The notes under the pieces: model-generated
Databases searched by the model: none
The model's input: the letters and a program-made list of their open reading frames with translations, nothing else
What the model was told of the DNA's origin: nothing
Source: a virus
Taxonomy: Duplodnaviria; Caudoviricetes
IMG/VR virus record: IMGVR_UViG_3300038312_000261
Span: 1 to 44,555 of that record
Strand: one strand, 5' to 3'
DNA length: 44,555 nt
Shown here: in pieces, positions 27,137-38,056 of the stretch
How the letters are laid out: every line of letters begins with the position of its first letter
How positions within the stretch are numbered: the stretch's first letter is position 1
Position numbers and translations under genes: made by a program

Positions 27137-29555
27137 CGAATCTACACAAAAAATTGACGAGTTAAGAGGCAAAAACAAGCAGCTTTGGGATGACTATGAC
27201 AAAGCAAACGTAGCACGTAAAAAAGCAACGGTTGACGGCTCTGTTGTAGAACAAAAAGCAATGCAAGAACACTATGATACAGTTAAAAAAGTCACAGATG
27301 AAATTTCCAAAAATGAAAAACAGATTAAAAAGCTCAGCGGTGAGGGAGTAAAAGATGTAAAACGACTAAGCGATGCATTTAAAAAAATCCCAGAGTCTAT
27401 ACCGGAAAAACAAGTAGAAAAAAGCTTCCGAACCATAAAAAGAGAGATTGAAAATCAAATAAAGACACTCGAAATGCTCGGAAAAACCGGATCCGGTGAG
27501 TATCAAAAACTTATAAAAGAAGCGGGTCGGTTGGCAGACATTGAAGGCGACGTACAACGGCAAATTAAAGGAATTGCCAGTGACACCGCTTCATTCGACT
27601 TGATAATGGAGGGTACTCAAGGAATAGCTGCCGGTTTTCAGGTTGCCCAGGGCGCAGCTGCTTTGTTTGGAGTGGAACAAGAGAAGTTGATGCCTATGAT
27701 GGTTAAACTTCAGGCGTTAATGGCATTAACAACTGGATTACAGCAAATTCAAAATACCATTCAAAAAGAAAGTTATGTGATGCGGGCCGTTAGCAATTTA
27801 CAATTAACAGCAGCAGCAAAAGCTGAGGCAGCACATGCAAGAGCTATTGCCATAAAAACAGGTGCCGAAAAGGGAAGTGCTATAGCTATTGGGAAAGCGA
27901 CGATTGCCCAAAAGGCCTTTAATTTGGTTGCAAAGGCTAATCCGTATGTCCTTTTAGGCACTGCATTGATTACGGTTGTAGGGGCTTTAGCATTGTTTAC
28001 ATCTGCAAATAAAAAACATAATGAAGAGCAAAAAAGATCTAATGAATTAGGACAAGCTGCAATAAACGGTTACAACGAACAACAGGTCGAGTTGGAAATG
28101 ATGGCTAAAAAGGTGAAGTTGAACACTACAAGCCTTGATGAAAAACAGAAGATGCTTAAGATTGTAAATGAGAAGTATCTTGACAGCAAAAATCAACTGA
28201 AGGACGTTAACGAGCTCGAAGAGTGGTTAGTAAAAGCCACTCCAGCGGTTGTTGAAGCATATATTGCCCGAGCAACGGCAGAAGCTGCAAGAGAAAAGGC
28301 TGTTGAAACAAATATGAGACTCCTTGAGAGTCAAAAACAATCGGATGAGGAAGCTCTTAAATGGTATGACAAATTTATAGCAGGAGTAGTTGGTATTTTC
28401 GGAAATGGTGAAGAAGTAAGAAGTAGACGTGCGGCATATTACCGTGAAAAAAATAAGATTGAACTTGAAAAAGAAAAAGAATTTTACATAAATACAGCAA
28501 TTGAAATGGGTAATAAAGCATCGACTATGTTTGAAGCTTTAGGTCTTAAAACTGGTGATGCCGTTACTCAGGCAATAAAAAAAGAAGCCAAAAGAGCAAA
28601 GGAAATAGCTGTACGCGAACTCGACGACATACAGAATAAGGTGTTATTGACAGCCGATTATTCCAATAAAGAAGTTTCCATCAATCAAAAGAAATCTGAT
28701 GAGATTTTAAAGATAACTCAAAAAAGGATTGAGCAAGAAATGGAAATGGAGCGTGAAGCATTAGAACGAAAACGAGAATTACAGATGGCTACACTCGATT
28801 TTGCACGTGATTTCGGCAATACATTATTTTCGATAAACAGTGACCGTCTGCAGGCTGAATTGTCAGATTTAGAGCACTACTATACTACCGATGTAGAAGA
28901 AGCTCGGAAAAATAAGGATAAAAAACTGATTACCGAGAAAGAATTAGCGGCTAAAAAACTCGAAATTAAGAGGAAGCAGGCTCAAGCCGATAAACTGGAG
29001 GGTATTTTCAATGTAGGAATTGCTACAGCCCAATCAATAATGAATTCGGCGAAGATGGGATTTCCTGCAGCTATACCGTTTATAGCAATGGCAGCTGCTT
29101 TGGGCGCTGTACAATTGGCGGCGGTTGCAAGCAAGCCATTACCTAAATATTGGAAGGGACGCAAAGGTGGAAAGGGTGAGCTGGCCATGGTTGGTGAACA
29201 TGGACCTGAGATGATGTGGATTCCATCTGGTGCGAGCGTGGTACCTGCACACGTTAGCAAGGATATTACGATGAATGGGAAAACGGATTTGCTTAAAAAC
29301 TGGAATATTCCGGGTATTTACAACATAGATATTCCGCGTGTGTCGAAAGAAACGATTCACGAAATCAGAGAAACACAAAAACAATCTTCCATTGATTATG
29401 ATCTACTCGGAAAATCAGTTGCAAAACATATCAAGATTCCGAAATCGGTAGAAAAAAGTGTTAACATCAAAGTGGATAAAGATGGTGTTCACGTGAGTGA
29501 TGTGGATGGAATCCATACGTTCAAAAACAAAAAATACATCGGACAATGGAATTAA
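27081..29555 (+). CDS. Tail tape measure protein
   Basis: Ala-rich helical protein, ANPYVLL motif, hydrophobic stretches, C-terminal MVGEHGPE. Confidence 0.85.
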   Translation: MSNEKNILIRFTADSGGLDESTQKIDELRGKNKQLWDDYDKANVARKKATVDGSVVEQKAMQEHYDTVKKVTDEISKNEKQIKKLSGEGVKDVKRLSDAFKKIPESIPEKQVEKSFRTIKREIENQIKTLEMLGKTGSGEYQKLIKEAGRLADIEGDVQRQIKGIASDTASFDLIMEGTQGIAAGFQVAQGAAALFGVEQEKLMPMMVKLQALMALTTGLQQIQNTIQKESYVMRAVSNLQLTAAAKAEAAHARAIAIKTGAEKGSAIAIGKATIAQKAFNLVAKANPYVLLGTALITVVGALALFTSANKKHNEEQKRSNELGQAAINGYNEQQVELEMMAKKVKLNTTSLDEKQKMLKIVNEKYLDSKNQLKDVNELEEWLVKATPAVVEAYIARATAEAAREKAVETNMRLLESQKQSDEEALKWYDKFIAGVVGIFGNGEEVRSRRAAYYREKNKIELEKEKEFYINTAIEMGNKASTMFEALGLKTGDAVTQAIKKEAKRAKEIAVRELDDIQNKVLLTADYSNKEVSINQKKSDEILKITQKRIEQEMEMEREALERKRELQMATLDFARDFGNTLFSINSDRLQAELSDLEHYYTTDVEEARKNKDKKLITEKELAAKKLEIKRKQAQADKLEGIFNVGIATAQSIMNSAKMGFPAAIPFIAMAAALGAVQLAAVASKPLPKYWKGRKGGKGELAMVGEHGPEMMWIPSGASVVPAHVSKDITMNGKTDLLKNWNIPGIYNIDIPRVSKETIHEIRETQKQSSIDYDLLGKSVAKHIKIPKSVEKSVNIKVDKDGVHVSDVDGIHTFKNKKYIGQWN

Positions 29556-31801
29556 GATTTGCACTCACATACGACAGTGAATGGCTCGAAATTAGCGAGC
29601 CTGTTGGCTTTGATGCGTTTGAGCCGGAACTGGAGCGGAACGATTTGCACGGAGTGAGTGTGGAGTATAGTGAAATAGATCTGGAGTTCACCGATTGCAA
29701 TGCGATTGATATCATCAAGCAAAAATATGAATTGAGCCTTGACAGCGTGATTGAATTCGTTGTTGAAATGAATTGCAATGATGATTTTGACGAGATATAC
29801 CGCGGGCGATTGGATTTAAGCACATATCAATATTTGAAACAGAAATATATCTCCGTTAAATGCAAAGTTGGGCAGGTGGGTATATTCACAACATTTAATA
29901 ACCGACTGGATACAGATGTGTGCTTGGATGAAACCGTGTCACTTGATGGCAGCTCAATGAATGAATACGATTATATCAATTACGAAATAACTGTGCCTGG
30001 AAAAGAAATTATTGTAGTTGCAAAATGTAACGATAATGGATATGATGCTGAATATTTGCCTATTGCATTTACTTTTGAAGGTGGTGACTTAGCCGTTATT
30101 TGCATTCCAGGAATGATAAATGCGGAGGGTGATGATTTAGGAACATTCAACTATTCATCATCTACCATATTAAGAGCGAGTCAACAGAATGAAATGCTGC
30201 CTTTTTTTGAATTGAAAAACAATGGAATAGAAGTTCCATATTCTGATTTCAATGGAACATTTGAATTTAAATTAAGAGTGGAAGCAAATACAAATGTATT
30301 TCTGAGCACTACTTTCAGGCCTAATGCCGTTCTTGAAATATATGATGAAAACGGAAATGTCATAGTTGAATATACTGACACAAGTATAAATGCCGTTACT
30401 ACTGGTGATAACTTTACTGAATACTATTATTGGACATATGTTTCATTTACACAAAAAAAGTTTAGAAAATTATATGTCCGGATAGTGTTTCGTTTATATG
30501 TAGCACCTGGCGTAGTATATGAAAGTTATTCTATGAAAGTATTACCCAATTCGAATTCTAATTTTACAGTAAAAACATATAGTATACTTCCTCAAAGCAA
30601 TGTAAAGGTTAACTTGTTACACGAAGCATTATCACGCATAACTGAAAGCATTACTGATAATGGCTTGCAGGTTTACAGTGATTATTACGGAAGACTTGAC
30701 AGTGGGAAAGTAGGTGAACAAAAGATGCTTAACACCGTTTCGGATGACGGTTTAGGCTCATTGAGGTGCTTGACAAACGGTTACAAACTGAGAAAATACA
30801 TTTACACCAATGGTGATTTACCAAGAATGTACTTATCTATGAAAAAGGCCGCCAATTCATTAGCAGCCATCGATAACATTGGGGTTGGTTTTTCATATGA
30901 AACAGATAAATGGGTTGTTCGCGTGGAAAATTGGAAGTGGTTTTATAAAAACACGCATCTTTTTACAATTGAAAATCCGGCAAATGTAGTTAGAAAACTA
31001 AACAGCAATGACGTTAATACTCGACTTCATATTGGGTATAAAAAGTATGCCGAATTGAGTGAATCGAACGTTGTGGATACATTTTATTCAGAACGTAATT
31101 ACAGTACCCTGCTGAAAGCAGTTGACAAAAACGTAAATGCAGTAAGTGATTTTGTTGCTGACGCTTACGCAATAGAATACACTAGACGAAAATCGATAGA
31201 TAAAGATACTAAAGACTGGAGTTATGATGAAGATACTTTTATTCTCTGCATTTTAGGTGCAAATATTACTGAAAAATTAATATCAGACGGAACTATTTTA
31301 AAAGAAGAATTTAAATATATGGTTGATAATGGTATGACAGATTCAGATAACACAATCATATCTCCTGAAACAATGCTGAATGTACACATCTCCCCGGCGA
31401 GAAATGCGGAGCGATGGGCAGATAGGATGAGCCAATATGCCGGCGCTAATGGGTTACGATACTTATCTGGAACAAGAAACGCAGGTGCAAAAGGGAAAGC
31501 GAATATTCGACAAAATCCACTGATTGAAACGATAGACAACACAATTGAGCGTACAACTCAATATAGGCAAAAATCAGATGTTCAAACTACAGAGAATGCT
31601 AATATTACTTTGGTGAACCCGCATTTGAAAGCTGAAATATTAGAGTTCGATTATCCTATTTCATTGGCTCAATTCAATCAAATTCGACTAAATCCGTATG
31701 GTTATATTTTAGTCGATGATGAAAAATGTTACCTGAAATCGGTAAAATACAATTTTAAAACGAGTCTTGCCAATTTTGTTTTAATACCTAGCGCGTCATG
31801 A
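29546..31801 (+). CDS. Tail tip/structural protein
   Basis: Large beta-rich ORF following the tape measure gene. Confidence 0.6.
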   Translation: MELRFALTYDSEWLEISEPVGFDAFEPELERNDLHGVSVEYSEIDLEFTDCNAIDIIKQKYELSLDSVIEFVVEMNCNDDFDEIYRGRLDLSTYQYLKQKYISVKCKVGQVGIFTTFNNRLDTDVCLDETVSLDGSSMNEYDYINYEITVPGKEIIVVAKCNDNGYDAEYLPIAFTFEGGDLAVICIPGMINAEGDDLGTFNYSSSTILRASQQNEMLPFFELKNNGIEVPYSDFNGTFEFKLRVEANTNVFLSTTFRPNAVLEIYDENGNVIVEYTDTSINAVTTGDNFTEYYYWTYVSFTQKKFRKLYVRIVFRLYVAPGVVYESYSMKVLPNSNSNFTVKTYSILPQSNVKVNLLHEALSRITESITDNGLQVYSDYYGRLDSGKVGEQKMLNTVSDDGLGSLRCLTNGYKLRKYIYTNGDLPRMYLSMKKAANSLAAIDNIGVGFSYETDKWVVRVENWKWFYKNTHLFTIENPANVVRKLNSNDVNTRLHIGYKKYAELSESNVVDTFYSERNYSTLLKAVDKNVNAVSDFVADAYAIEYTRRKSIDKDTKDWSYDEDTFILCILGANITEKLISDGTILKEEFKYMVDNGMTDSDNTIISPETMLNVHISPARNAERWADRMSQYAGANGLRYLSGTRNAGAKGKANIRQNPLIETIDNTIERTTQYRQKSDVQTTENANITLVNPHLKAEILEFDYPISLAQFNQIRLNPYGYILVDDEKCYLKSVKYNFKTSLANFVLIPSAS

Positions 31802-32496
31802 CAGGAAAATTTTGTTTTATACAATTCAGCAAAGAGAGAAGCTCATGTGATTTGCCTGTTCCAGTAAAAGCGATGAGTGATTTGAAATTTTATATTGATG
31901 GGATCGATCAATTGAACATTGATATCGTGAATATCGCAGGGGACATGATTCGAGAGTTTGTACACTCGTTCAATTATTTCTCAACCGGATTGGATTTGAG
32001 TGTTATTTTGGCGCCGGAAGATTGCTTCAGATTGAAATTAACGAACAAAGGAACAAATGAAGTCTTTTACTCAAACACTTTGGTTTATTTACCAGACTGC
32101 GATTATCCGTTAATTACTTATAGGTGTGATAAAAGTGAATTCGGTTTTTATTATTCAGGAACTCAGGTTAATTCTGTCAGAATCCCTAGTGTGATTTTCA
32201 AACCGGCTTATGAGGAAGAGAAAACGTCTTATATAGATTCGAACGGCAAAGAAAGAGTTTTGTTTGTTGATGTCAGGAAAAAATACACATTTCAAACTGA
32301 TTATCTACCAGAAGAGTGGCATGATAAAATAAAAGTTGCATTCTCACATGATTTGTTGATTATCGACGGTGTAGAATACGTGGAACGAGGAACATACAAG
32401 ATTCTAGAAGAATATTATAATCTTGGCTGTGAAGATGGCTATATGGGAGAAACTGAAGTCGCTGAAAATTTTGTTAAGCGAAATACAAACTGCTAA
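31798..32496 (+). CDS. Putative structural (distal tail-like) protein
   Basis: Position and beta-rich composition. Confidence 0.5.
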   Translation: MTGKFCFIQFSKERSSCDLPVPVKAMSDLKFYIDGIDQLNIDIVNIAGDMIREFVHSFNYFSTGLDLSVILAPEDCFRLKLTNKGTNEVFYSNTLVYLPDCDYPLITYRCDKSEFGFYYSGTQVNSVRIPSVIFKPAYEEEKTSYIDSNGKERVLFVDVRKKYTFQTDYLPEEWHDKIKVAFSHDLLIIDGVEYVERGTYKILEEYYNLGCEDGYMGETEVAENFVKRNTNC

Positions 32497-32522
32497 AGTA
32501 ATAAAAATCATAAATTATAATT

Positions 32523-34247
32523 ATGGAAATAACCGTTGATTTTTTAAAAAAAGCGATTCAGGGAAAGCATCCGAATTACAAAAAAACAGTTAATCTGACA
32601 AATGAGTTACGGGTGCATTATGACGGACAAATGCCGGAAAAGATTATCTCAGAAAGACGGCCTAATGAGCCTGAAGAAGTAAAAAAATACCGAAAAGATA
32701 TTTATGTTCCGATAACCAAGAATCCAATATCTAAGGTAATAACCTCGCTACAGAAAATAAGACGTTCAAAGGACTGGAGCATTGATTATGGAACAACTGT
32801 TCCGGCCAGCGTACGAATGGGAGAAGGTCTTGAGGATTATTGCGAAAAGAATTATCCAGGATTTACAAGCTTGACAAATTGGGCATTTAGTGAACTTATT
32901 GGAGAGTACTTACTGGATGCAAATGCGTTCTCTGCTGTTATTTTGAAAACAAAACAGGAAAATGGAACGGAATATGAAAAACCGATTATTGAGATATTCC
33001 CGAGTGAAAATGTGATCTATTATGAGGAAGATGTTATTTTGATTGTGAAATCAAGAGACGTTATCCCTTACTCTACTCCGGCCGGAAGGTATACCTACAA
33101 TGACGGAGAAATTTATTATGCACTTACACCAAACCGAATTGTGAAATTCCAGCAAATTGGGAAAAATGCTCAATTTGACATTGCGATTGACTATATGCAT
33201 AATATAGGTGAAATACCGGCCTGTAGGATGGGAGGTGTTTTTAAAGAACGTGTGAATAATGACACGATCTTTGAAAGCCGTATTGCCGGAATGGTGCCAC
33301 ATCTGAAAGAAGCAGTTCGTGAGTACAGCGATTTGCAGGCTGAAATAGTACAGCACATTCATAGCGAAAAGTATTATTACACAACAACAGATTGTCAAAA
33401 ATGCCATGGCGCCGGCAAAATTGGAACTAGTGACACCTGTCCCGAATGTAAAGGATCCGGATTGGCACAAGCAATATCCTCATACGGTCAATATCTGATT
33501 AAACAAAAAGAATTAGGCACGGCACCGCAGCCTCCAATTGGTTATATACAAAAAGACACTACAATTGCCAAATTGCAAGATGAAAGAGTTGACAAGCACA
33601 TTTATAAAGCACTACAAAGTATCAACATGGAGTTTTTGGCCGAAACACCACTTAATCAATCCGGATTAGCAAAAGAAGTTGACAAGGATGAGTTAAACAA
33701 CTTTGTAAATTCGATAGCTGAGGATTTGGTTAAGATACTTGACCAAATGTATCGATATATTTGTGATTACAGATATATGATTTCCGTACCGAGTAAGGAT
33801 GAACGACATTTGATGTTGCCTGTTATTTCGGTACCCGAACGGTTTGATCTGCTCGGAAGCGATTATTTAATTACAGAGATAAAGGCTGCTAAAGATGCCG
33901 GTGTGAATCCTATTATTGTGAAAAACATAGAAATTGAGTATCTGAAAAAACGGTACAATGCCGATCCTGAAATTTCAGGTGAACTTGAAACGGTTTATGA
34001 AATTGACCCATTACCAGGGTTGAACGAAGATGACAAGCTTATCATGCTGAATAATGGCGGTATAAGTGAAGAAGATTATGTGGTCAGTTGTAATATTGTT
34101 CAATTGGTTAGAAAGGCTAAGGTAGAACATGAACTGTTTTATGATAAAGTGGCAAAAGAAAAACGGGAAATCATATATCAGTATGCCGGGGAAATTATGA
34201 AGAAGATGAGCGCAAAAGAGGCAGTTATAAATAATATGGAAATGTAG
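32523..34247 (+). CDS. Portal protein with inserted CxxCxGxG zinc finger
   Basis: 574 aa; HNIGEIPA and QSGLAKEVD motifs of SPP1-like portals; precedes the minor head gene. Confidence 0.75.
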   Translation: MEITVDFLKKAIQGKHPNYKKTVNLTNELRVHYDGQMPEKIISERRPNEPEEVKKYRKDIYVPITKNPISKVITSLQKIRRSKDWSIDYGTTVPASVRMGEGLEDYCEKNYPGFTSLTNWAFSELIGEYLLDANAFSAVILKTKQENGTEYEKPIIEIFPSENVIYYEEDVILIVKSRDVIPYSTPAGRYTYNDGEIYYALTPNRIVKFQQIGKNAQFDIAIDYMHNIGEIPACRMGGVFKERVNNDTIFESRIAGMVPHLKEAVREYSDLQAEIVQHIHSEKYYYTTTDCQKCHGAGKIGTSDTCPECKGSGLAQAISSYGQYLIKQKELGTAPQPPIGYIQKDTTIAKLQDERVDKHIYKALQSINMEFLAETPLNQSGLAKEVDKDELNNFVNSIAEDLVKILDQMYRYICDYRYMISVPSKDERHLMLPVISVPERFDLLGSDYLITEIKAAKDAGVNPIIVKNIEIEYLKKRYNADPEISGELETVYEIDPLPGLNEDDKLIMLNNGGISEEDYVVSCNIVQLVRKAKVEHELFYDKVAKEKREIIYQYAGEIMKKMSAKEAVINNMEM

Positions 34248-34252
34248 ATTAT

Positions 34253-35131
34253 ATGAAAATTAAGCCGGAAGATATTCAGAAGAAAGTTGATGATTCGATT
34301 GCACAATTCAACGGAAATTTAACGGTGATTGAAAAAAAATTACTTTCGGAAATTGAATTGATTTTAAAGGATCTGGAACTTGACGGTAATGGGCGCATAA
34401 GGTCTAATACGGCTAATCTGAAGAAAATTGGAACCATAGGAAAGAAACTTGAAAGGATTGTTTTCTCGAAAACATATTTAAAAGATGTAGCCACTTTCGT
34501 TCGCTCATTTACTGAATTGGCATCGCTGCAGAGCGGAATGTATGGAGTAAGAAACGAACGATTGACAATGGTTGAAAAAATAAGTATTGAAAACGTAATT
34601 GATAATTTGACAGAAAGCGGTGTAAAAGCAAATATAGTAAATCCTGTTCGAGATATGTTGGCAAAAAATGTGCTTTCAGGAGGGAAATATACGGATTTGC
34701 TCAATTCGTTGAAAGACCAAATACAACCGACCGATAAAGAGGGAGTTGTTTCCCGATATTTGAAAACATATACGCTTGACAGTATTAATACTTTTTCGGC
34801 AAATTACAATAAAATAATATCAGACATTGGCAAATATGAATGGTTTCAGTATACCGGATCACTGATTGAAACGAGTCGGGAGTTCTGCGAAGAAATGGTA
34901 AAAAAAAAATACTTTCATAAAAGCGAGATCCCAAAACTACTAAAGGGACATATCGATGATCATAAATGTGATTTGTCGCCACGTACCGGGATGCCTCATG
35001 GTATGAAAGAGGAGACCACTGTGGATAATTTCACTCAATTGCGAGGAGGTTGGAATTGCGGGCATCAGATTATTGGTCTACCTGAAGGATCAGTACCAAA
35101 ATCAGTCAGAAACAAAATTATCTATGAATGA
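34253..35131 (+). CDS. Minor head morphogenesis protein (Mu F/SPP1 gp7-like)
   Basis: YTG...SREFC and GGWNCGH motifs. Confidence 0.75.
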   Translation: MKIKPEDIQKKVDDSIAQFNGNLTVIEKKLLSEIELILKDLELDGNGRIRSNTANLKKIGTIGKKLERIVFSKTYLKDVATFVRSFTELASLQSGMYGVRNERLTMVEKISIENVIDNLTESGVKANIVNPVRDMLAKNVLSGGKYTDLLNSLKDQIQPTDKEGVVSRYLKTYTLDSINTFSANYNKIISDIGKYEWFQYTGSLIETSREFCEEMVKKKYFHKSEIPKLLKGHIDDHKCDLSPRTGMPHGMKEETTVDNFTQLRGGWNCGHQIIGLPEGSVPKSVRNKIIYE

Positions 35132-35176
35132 AAAATGTGATGATGAAATTTAGTTGTTTTTTATATAAATAATAAA

Positions 35177-35216
35177 CTCTATATGAGCTTTATTAAATCT
35201 AAATGAGTATATTTGT
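35177..35216 (+). promoter_or_regulatory. Late promoter/operator copy 3
   Basis: CTCTATATGAG-N9-ATCTAAATGAG-TATATTTGT. Confidence 0.75.
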
Positions 35217-35249
35217 AACGTATATTATTTACAATCAAAATTTATTATT

Positions 35250-35597
35250 ATGGCAAAAGGAAAATACATTAAAGTTGAACTGAAAGATGGCTCGAAGCAT
35301 GTCATTTTAGCTTCAAATGAAGCTTTTTATAAAAAGCAGGGAGCCAAAATAAGTGAGCCGACACAAAAAGAGATTGAAGCTGCTTTCGGTAAAGAAATTG
35401 AAGTGAAAATAGGTGAAATCAACGTCACGGACACTCCAGAACACAATGCTGTTATTACAGAGTTGACAACTGTAACTGCACAAAAAGCAGATTTGGAAAA
35501 TGAACTTATGGCCGAAAAAGCGAAAGTTGAAGAATTAACTGCACAAAAAGCAGAACTGGAGGCACTACTCAGCAAGAAAACTGACAACAAAAAATAA
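35250..35597 (+). CDS. Small coiled-coil head-associated protein
   Basis: Repeated TAQKA(D/E)LE; first gene of the head operon. Confidence 0.65.
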   Translation: MAKGKYIKVELKDGSKHVILASNEAFYKKQGAKISEPTQKEIEAAFGKEIEVKIGEINVTDTPEHNAVITELTTVTAQKADLENELMAEKAKVEELTAQKAELEALLSKKTDNKK

Positions 35598-35603
35598 TTC
35601 TAT

Positions 35604-36464
35604 ATGAAACTTGGAGATTTTCTCAATACATTGGCGCAAAAAGTTAACGCGCAAAACAATCCGGCATTGATAAGTATATTGTCTAACGCCGAACTTGCTA
35701 ACAGAGATTTGGAAGATGATTTCGCGAATCTTTTAAATAGCGGTCTTATGTCGCTGGATGCAGCGAAAAACAATGCACAGTTGCGAAACCACTTCTATGG
35801 TTTAGCGCTGAACGGTGTGGATTCTGAAATTTTGAACGTAGCATCGGAACTCGGTTTTGATGAAACGATTATCTCTCAACTTAAAGGTGATAAAGACACC
35901 TACAACAAACTTCGTGGATTGAAAGACAAAATGATTGAGTTGAAAGATAAGAAATCTAATGAAGACAGTGCCGGCAAACGTGCGGAATACCAAAAACAGA
36001 TCGACGACTTGAACCGTACTATTGCCACGTTGAAAGAAACAAGCGCAAAGGATATTTCAAGCCTGACATCGAAACACGATGCTGAAATTACCGATCTAAT
36101 AATTCGTGCTGGACTAATGAGTAAGAATTATGCCAACAAGGAATTAAAGCCGGAAGTAAACGCTATTACGGCAAAAACTTTAGTTGATATGGCTTTGAAC
36201 GAAAAAGGAGCCATTGCAGTGAGAGACGGACACAACATTGTGTTGAAACAGAAAACGAATCCTGAACTGGATTATTACGAAAACAACATGAAAGTTGGTT
36301 ATGATGATTTTGTAACCAAAACACTTACAAACAGCAAAATGCTTTCGGTTAGTGATGGGAACCCTTCTCCACAACCTAGAGTGCCACAGGGTGGTGCAGG
36401 CTTGGACACAGCGGCCGTTCAAGATGCTATTGCTGAATCAATGGCCGATTTAAAGACTGAATAA
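35604..36464 (+). CDS. Capsid scaffolding protein
   Basis: Coiled coil with P/G-rich C-terminal linker; directly before the capsid gene. Confidence 0.7.
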   Translation: MKLGDFLNTLAQKVNAQNNPALISILSNAELANRDLEDDFANLLNSGLMSLDAAKNNAQLRNHFYGLALNGVDSEILNVASELGFDETIISQLKGDKDTYNKLRGLKDKMIELKDKKSNEDSAGKRAEYQKQIDDLNRTIATLKETSAKDISSLTSKHDAEITDLIIRAGLMSKNYANKELKPEVNAITAKTLVDMALNEKGAIAVRDGHNIVLKQKTNPELDYYENNMKVGYDDFVTKTLTNSKMLSVSDGNPSPQPRVPQGGAGLDTAAVQDAIAESMADLKTE

Positions 36465-36466
36465 CT

Positions 36467-37549
36467 ATGAACTTGATTGGTTTTGTAAATGCCCTGTTAA
36501 TCAACATCGGAATTATTGCAGGTCTTAATGATCCGCAGTATAAAGTAACTCCTGTTGGTTTTTTGAATATGTTAATGGAGAATCCGGCCACTACTCAGAT
36601 AAGTAACTTATCTCAGTTACAGCAAGGATTTGATCGTGAAATTAAAGTTCGTTACTTACAACGTGGGCTTGAGTCATCCGTTACTGATAAAGATGATTGT
36701 GAAACTCCTGTTGGTGCAGTTTGGAAAGAAACTGCAATTGGAGCTCCTTCATATAGCAAGATAGGCTTGTTTATCCCTGATTCTGATTTCAGGAAATACC
36801 AGGAAGAAGCTACAAGAACAGTTTCTGTTGGAAATCCATCCGCCCCTTTAATGCTTGGATTATACAATTTGATGCTTACTCAAATACAGGCAATGTTGCA
36901 AAAAATTGATAATAATCTTGTATCAGCGCAGGCTACTAAATTTGGTACAAACGTTGTTACAGGTGCAAATACTGCAACTGCTGTTAATTTTTCAACGACT
37001 ATCAGCCAGACGGATGGTATAATTAAAATACTTTCTGATTTTGCAGCCAATGAAATGGCAGGCAATCCTATTTTAGTAGGTAATGGTGCTGTTAATAACT
37101 GGCAAATGTCTCAAAACGTGAAAGTTGGCGTTGATGACGGCGGATTTGGTGCATCAAAACTTAAATATTACAATGATTTTAAAACAGCTACTCTTTGGGG
37201 TGCGAATCACTTTGGTGTTTTTGCTCCTGGAACTGTTGGATTAGTTGATTATAACAAGAATGTAGGTGCATTTGCAGGAGAAAAAGGCGGTTCAATCTTC
37301 TTTACAATCCCAATACCAGTACAATTAGCTAACGGCACTTTGACAACCTTTAAATTGGATGCTCAACTTAAATATGAAGATTGCCCTGTTTATGATGCAA
37401 CCTCAGGTGATAAAGTTGCAGATCGAGGATGGAAGTTGATCTTAAGTAAATATTACGGATTATTTAACTTACCTAATGATGCATTTGCAACCGGAGATAG
37501 GCTTGCCGGTGTTAATGGTAGTCTAAGGTATGTTGGAACAAACGTATAA
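36467..37549 (+). CDS. Major capsid protein
   Basis: 360 aa, G/A/N/T-rich, follows the scaffold gene. Confidence 0.75.
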   Translation: MNLIGFVNALLINIGIIAGLNDPQYKVTPVGFLNMLMENPATTQISNLSQLQQGFDREIKVRYLQRGLESSVTDKDDCETPVGAVWKETAIGAPSYSKIGLFIPDSDFRKYQEEATRTVSVGNPSAPLMLGLYNLMLTQIQAMLQKIDNNLVSAQATKFGTNVVTGANTATAVNFSTTISQTDGIIKILSDFAANEMAGNPILVGNGAVNNWQMSQNVKVGVDDGGFGASKLKYYNDFKTATLWGANHFGVFAPGTVGLVDYNKNVGAFAGEKGGSIFFTIPIPVQLANGTLTTFKLDAQLKYEDCPVYDATSGDKVADRGWKLILSKYYGLFNLPNDAFATGDRLAGVNGSLRYVGTNV

Positions 37550-37554
37550 TCCTT

Positions 37555-38055
37555 ATGGATTGTTTAAATGGTTTTATTGGTTTTGACGGTATGGTACAAG
37601 CTGAAAGCGGCTTGTACCTTACCGATTTACCTGGTATTACATCTGATTTATTGAAAGGAATAACCGATAATCTTGAAACGGATGATAAAACACTCAGCGA
37701 TATTGAAAAACGCTCCATCTTGAAATTAAGGACATTTTTTATTAACGAATTGAACAGATGTTGGCATGTTTCGGATGTTGCGAAAGCAGAATGTTTAATT
37801 TGCGCTCATAAAGAATTATTGTCGGTTGCTCTTTGGTACCTAATGGGAGCTGAAATGATGTCGGAGACAATAAGTAGTGAGCGGACAAACCGATTTACAA
37901 CGATTGACTTAGACAAAGCACAAAACCTGCGTAATGAGTTCATGGATACTTTTTCGGGAGAATTACACGCGGCTGTTGCCGGCATTGACCTGACGGTTTG
38001 CATTGAGGATCCTGTACATGGCGGGGATATAGAAGTGATATTTAACATGCCGTGA
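37555..38055 (+). CDS. Head-tail adaptor candidate
   Basis: Helical protein after the capsid gene. Confidence 0.5.
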   Translation: MDCLNGFIGFDGMVQAESGLYLTDLPGITSDLLKGITDNLETDDKTLSDIEKRSILKLRTFFINELNRCWHVSDVAKAECLICAHKELLSVALWYLMGAEMMSETISSERTNRFTTIDLDKAQNLRNEFMDTFSGELHAAVAGIDLTVCIEDPVHGGDIEVIFNMP

Positions 38056-38056
38056 T

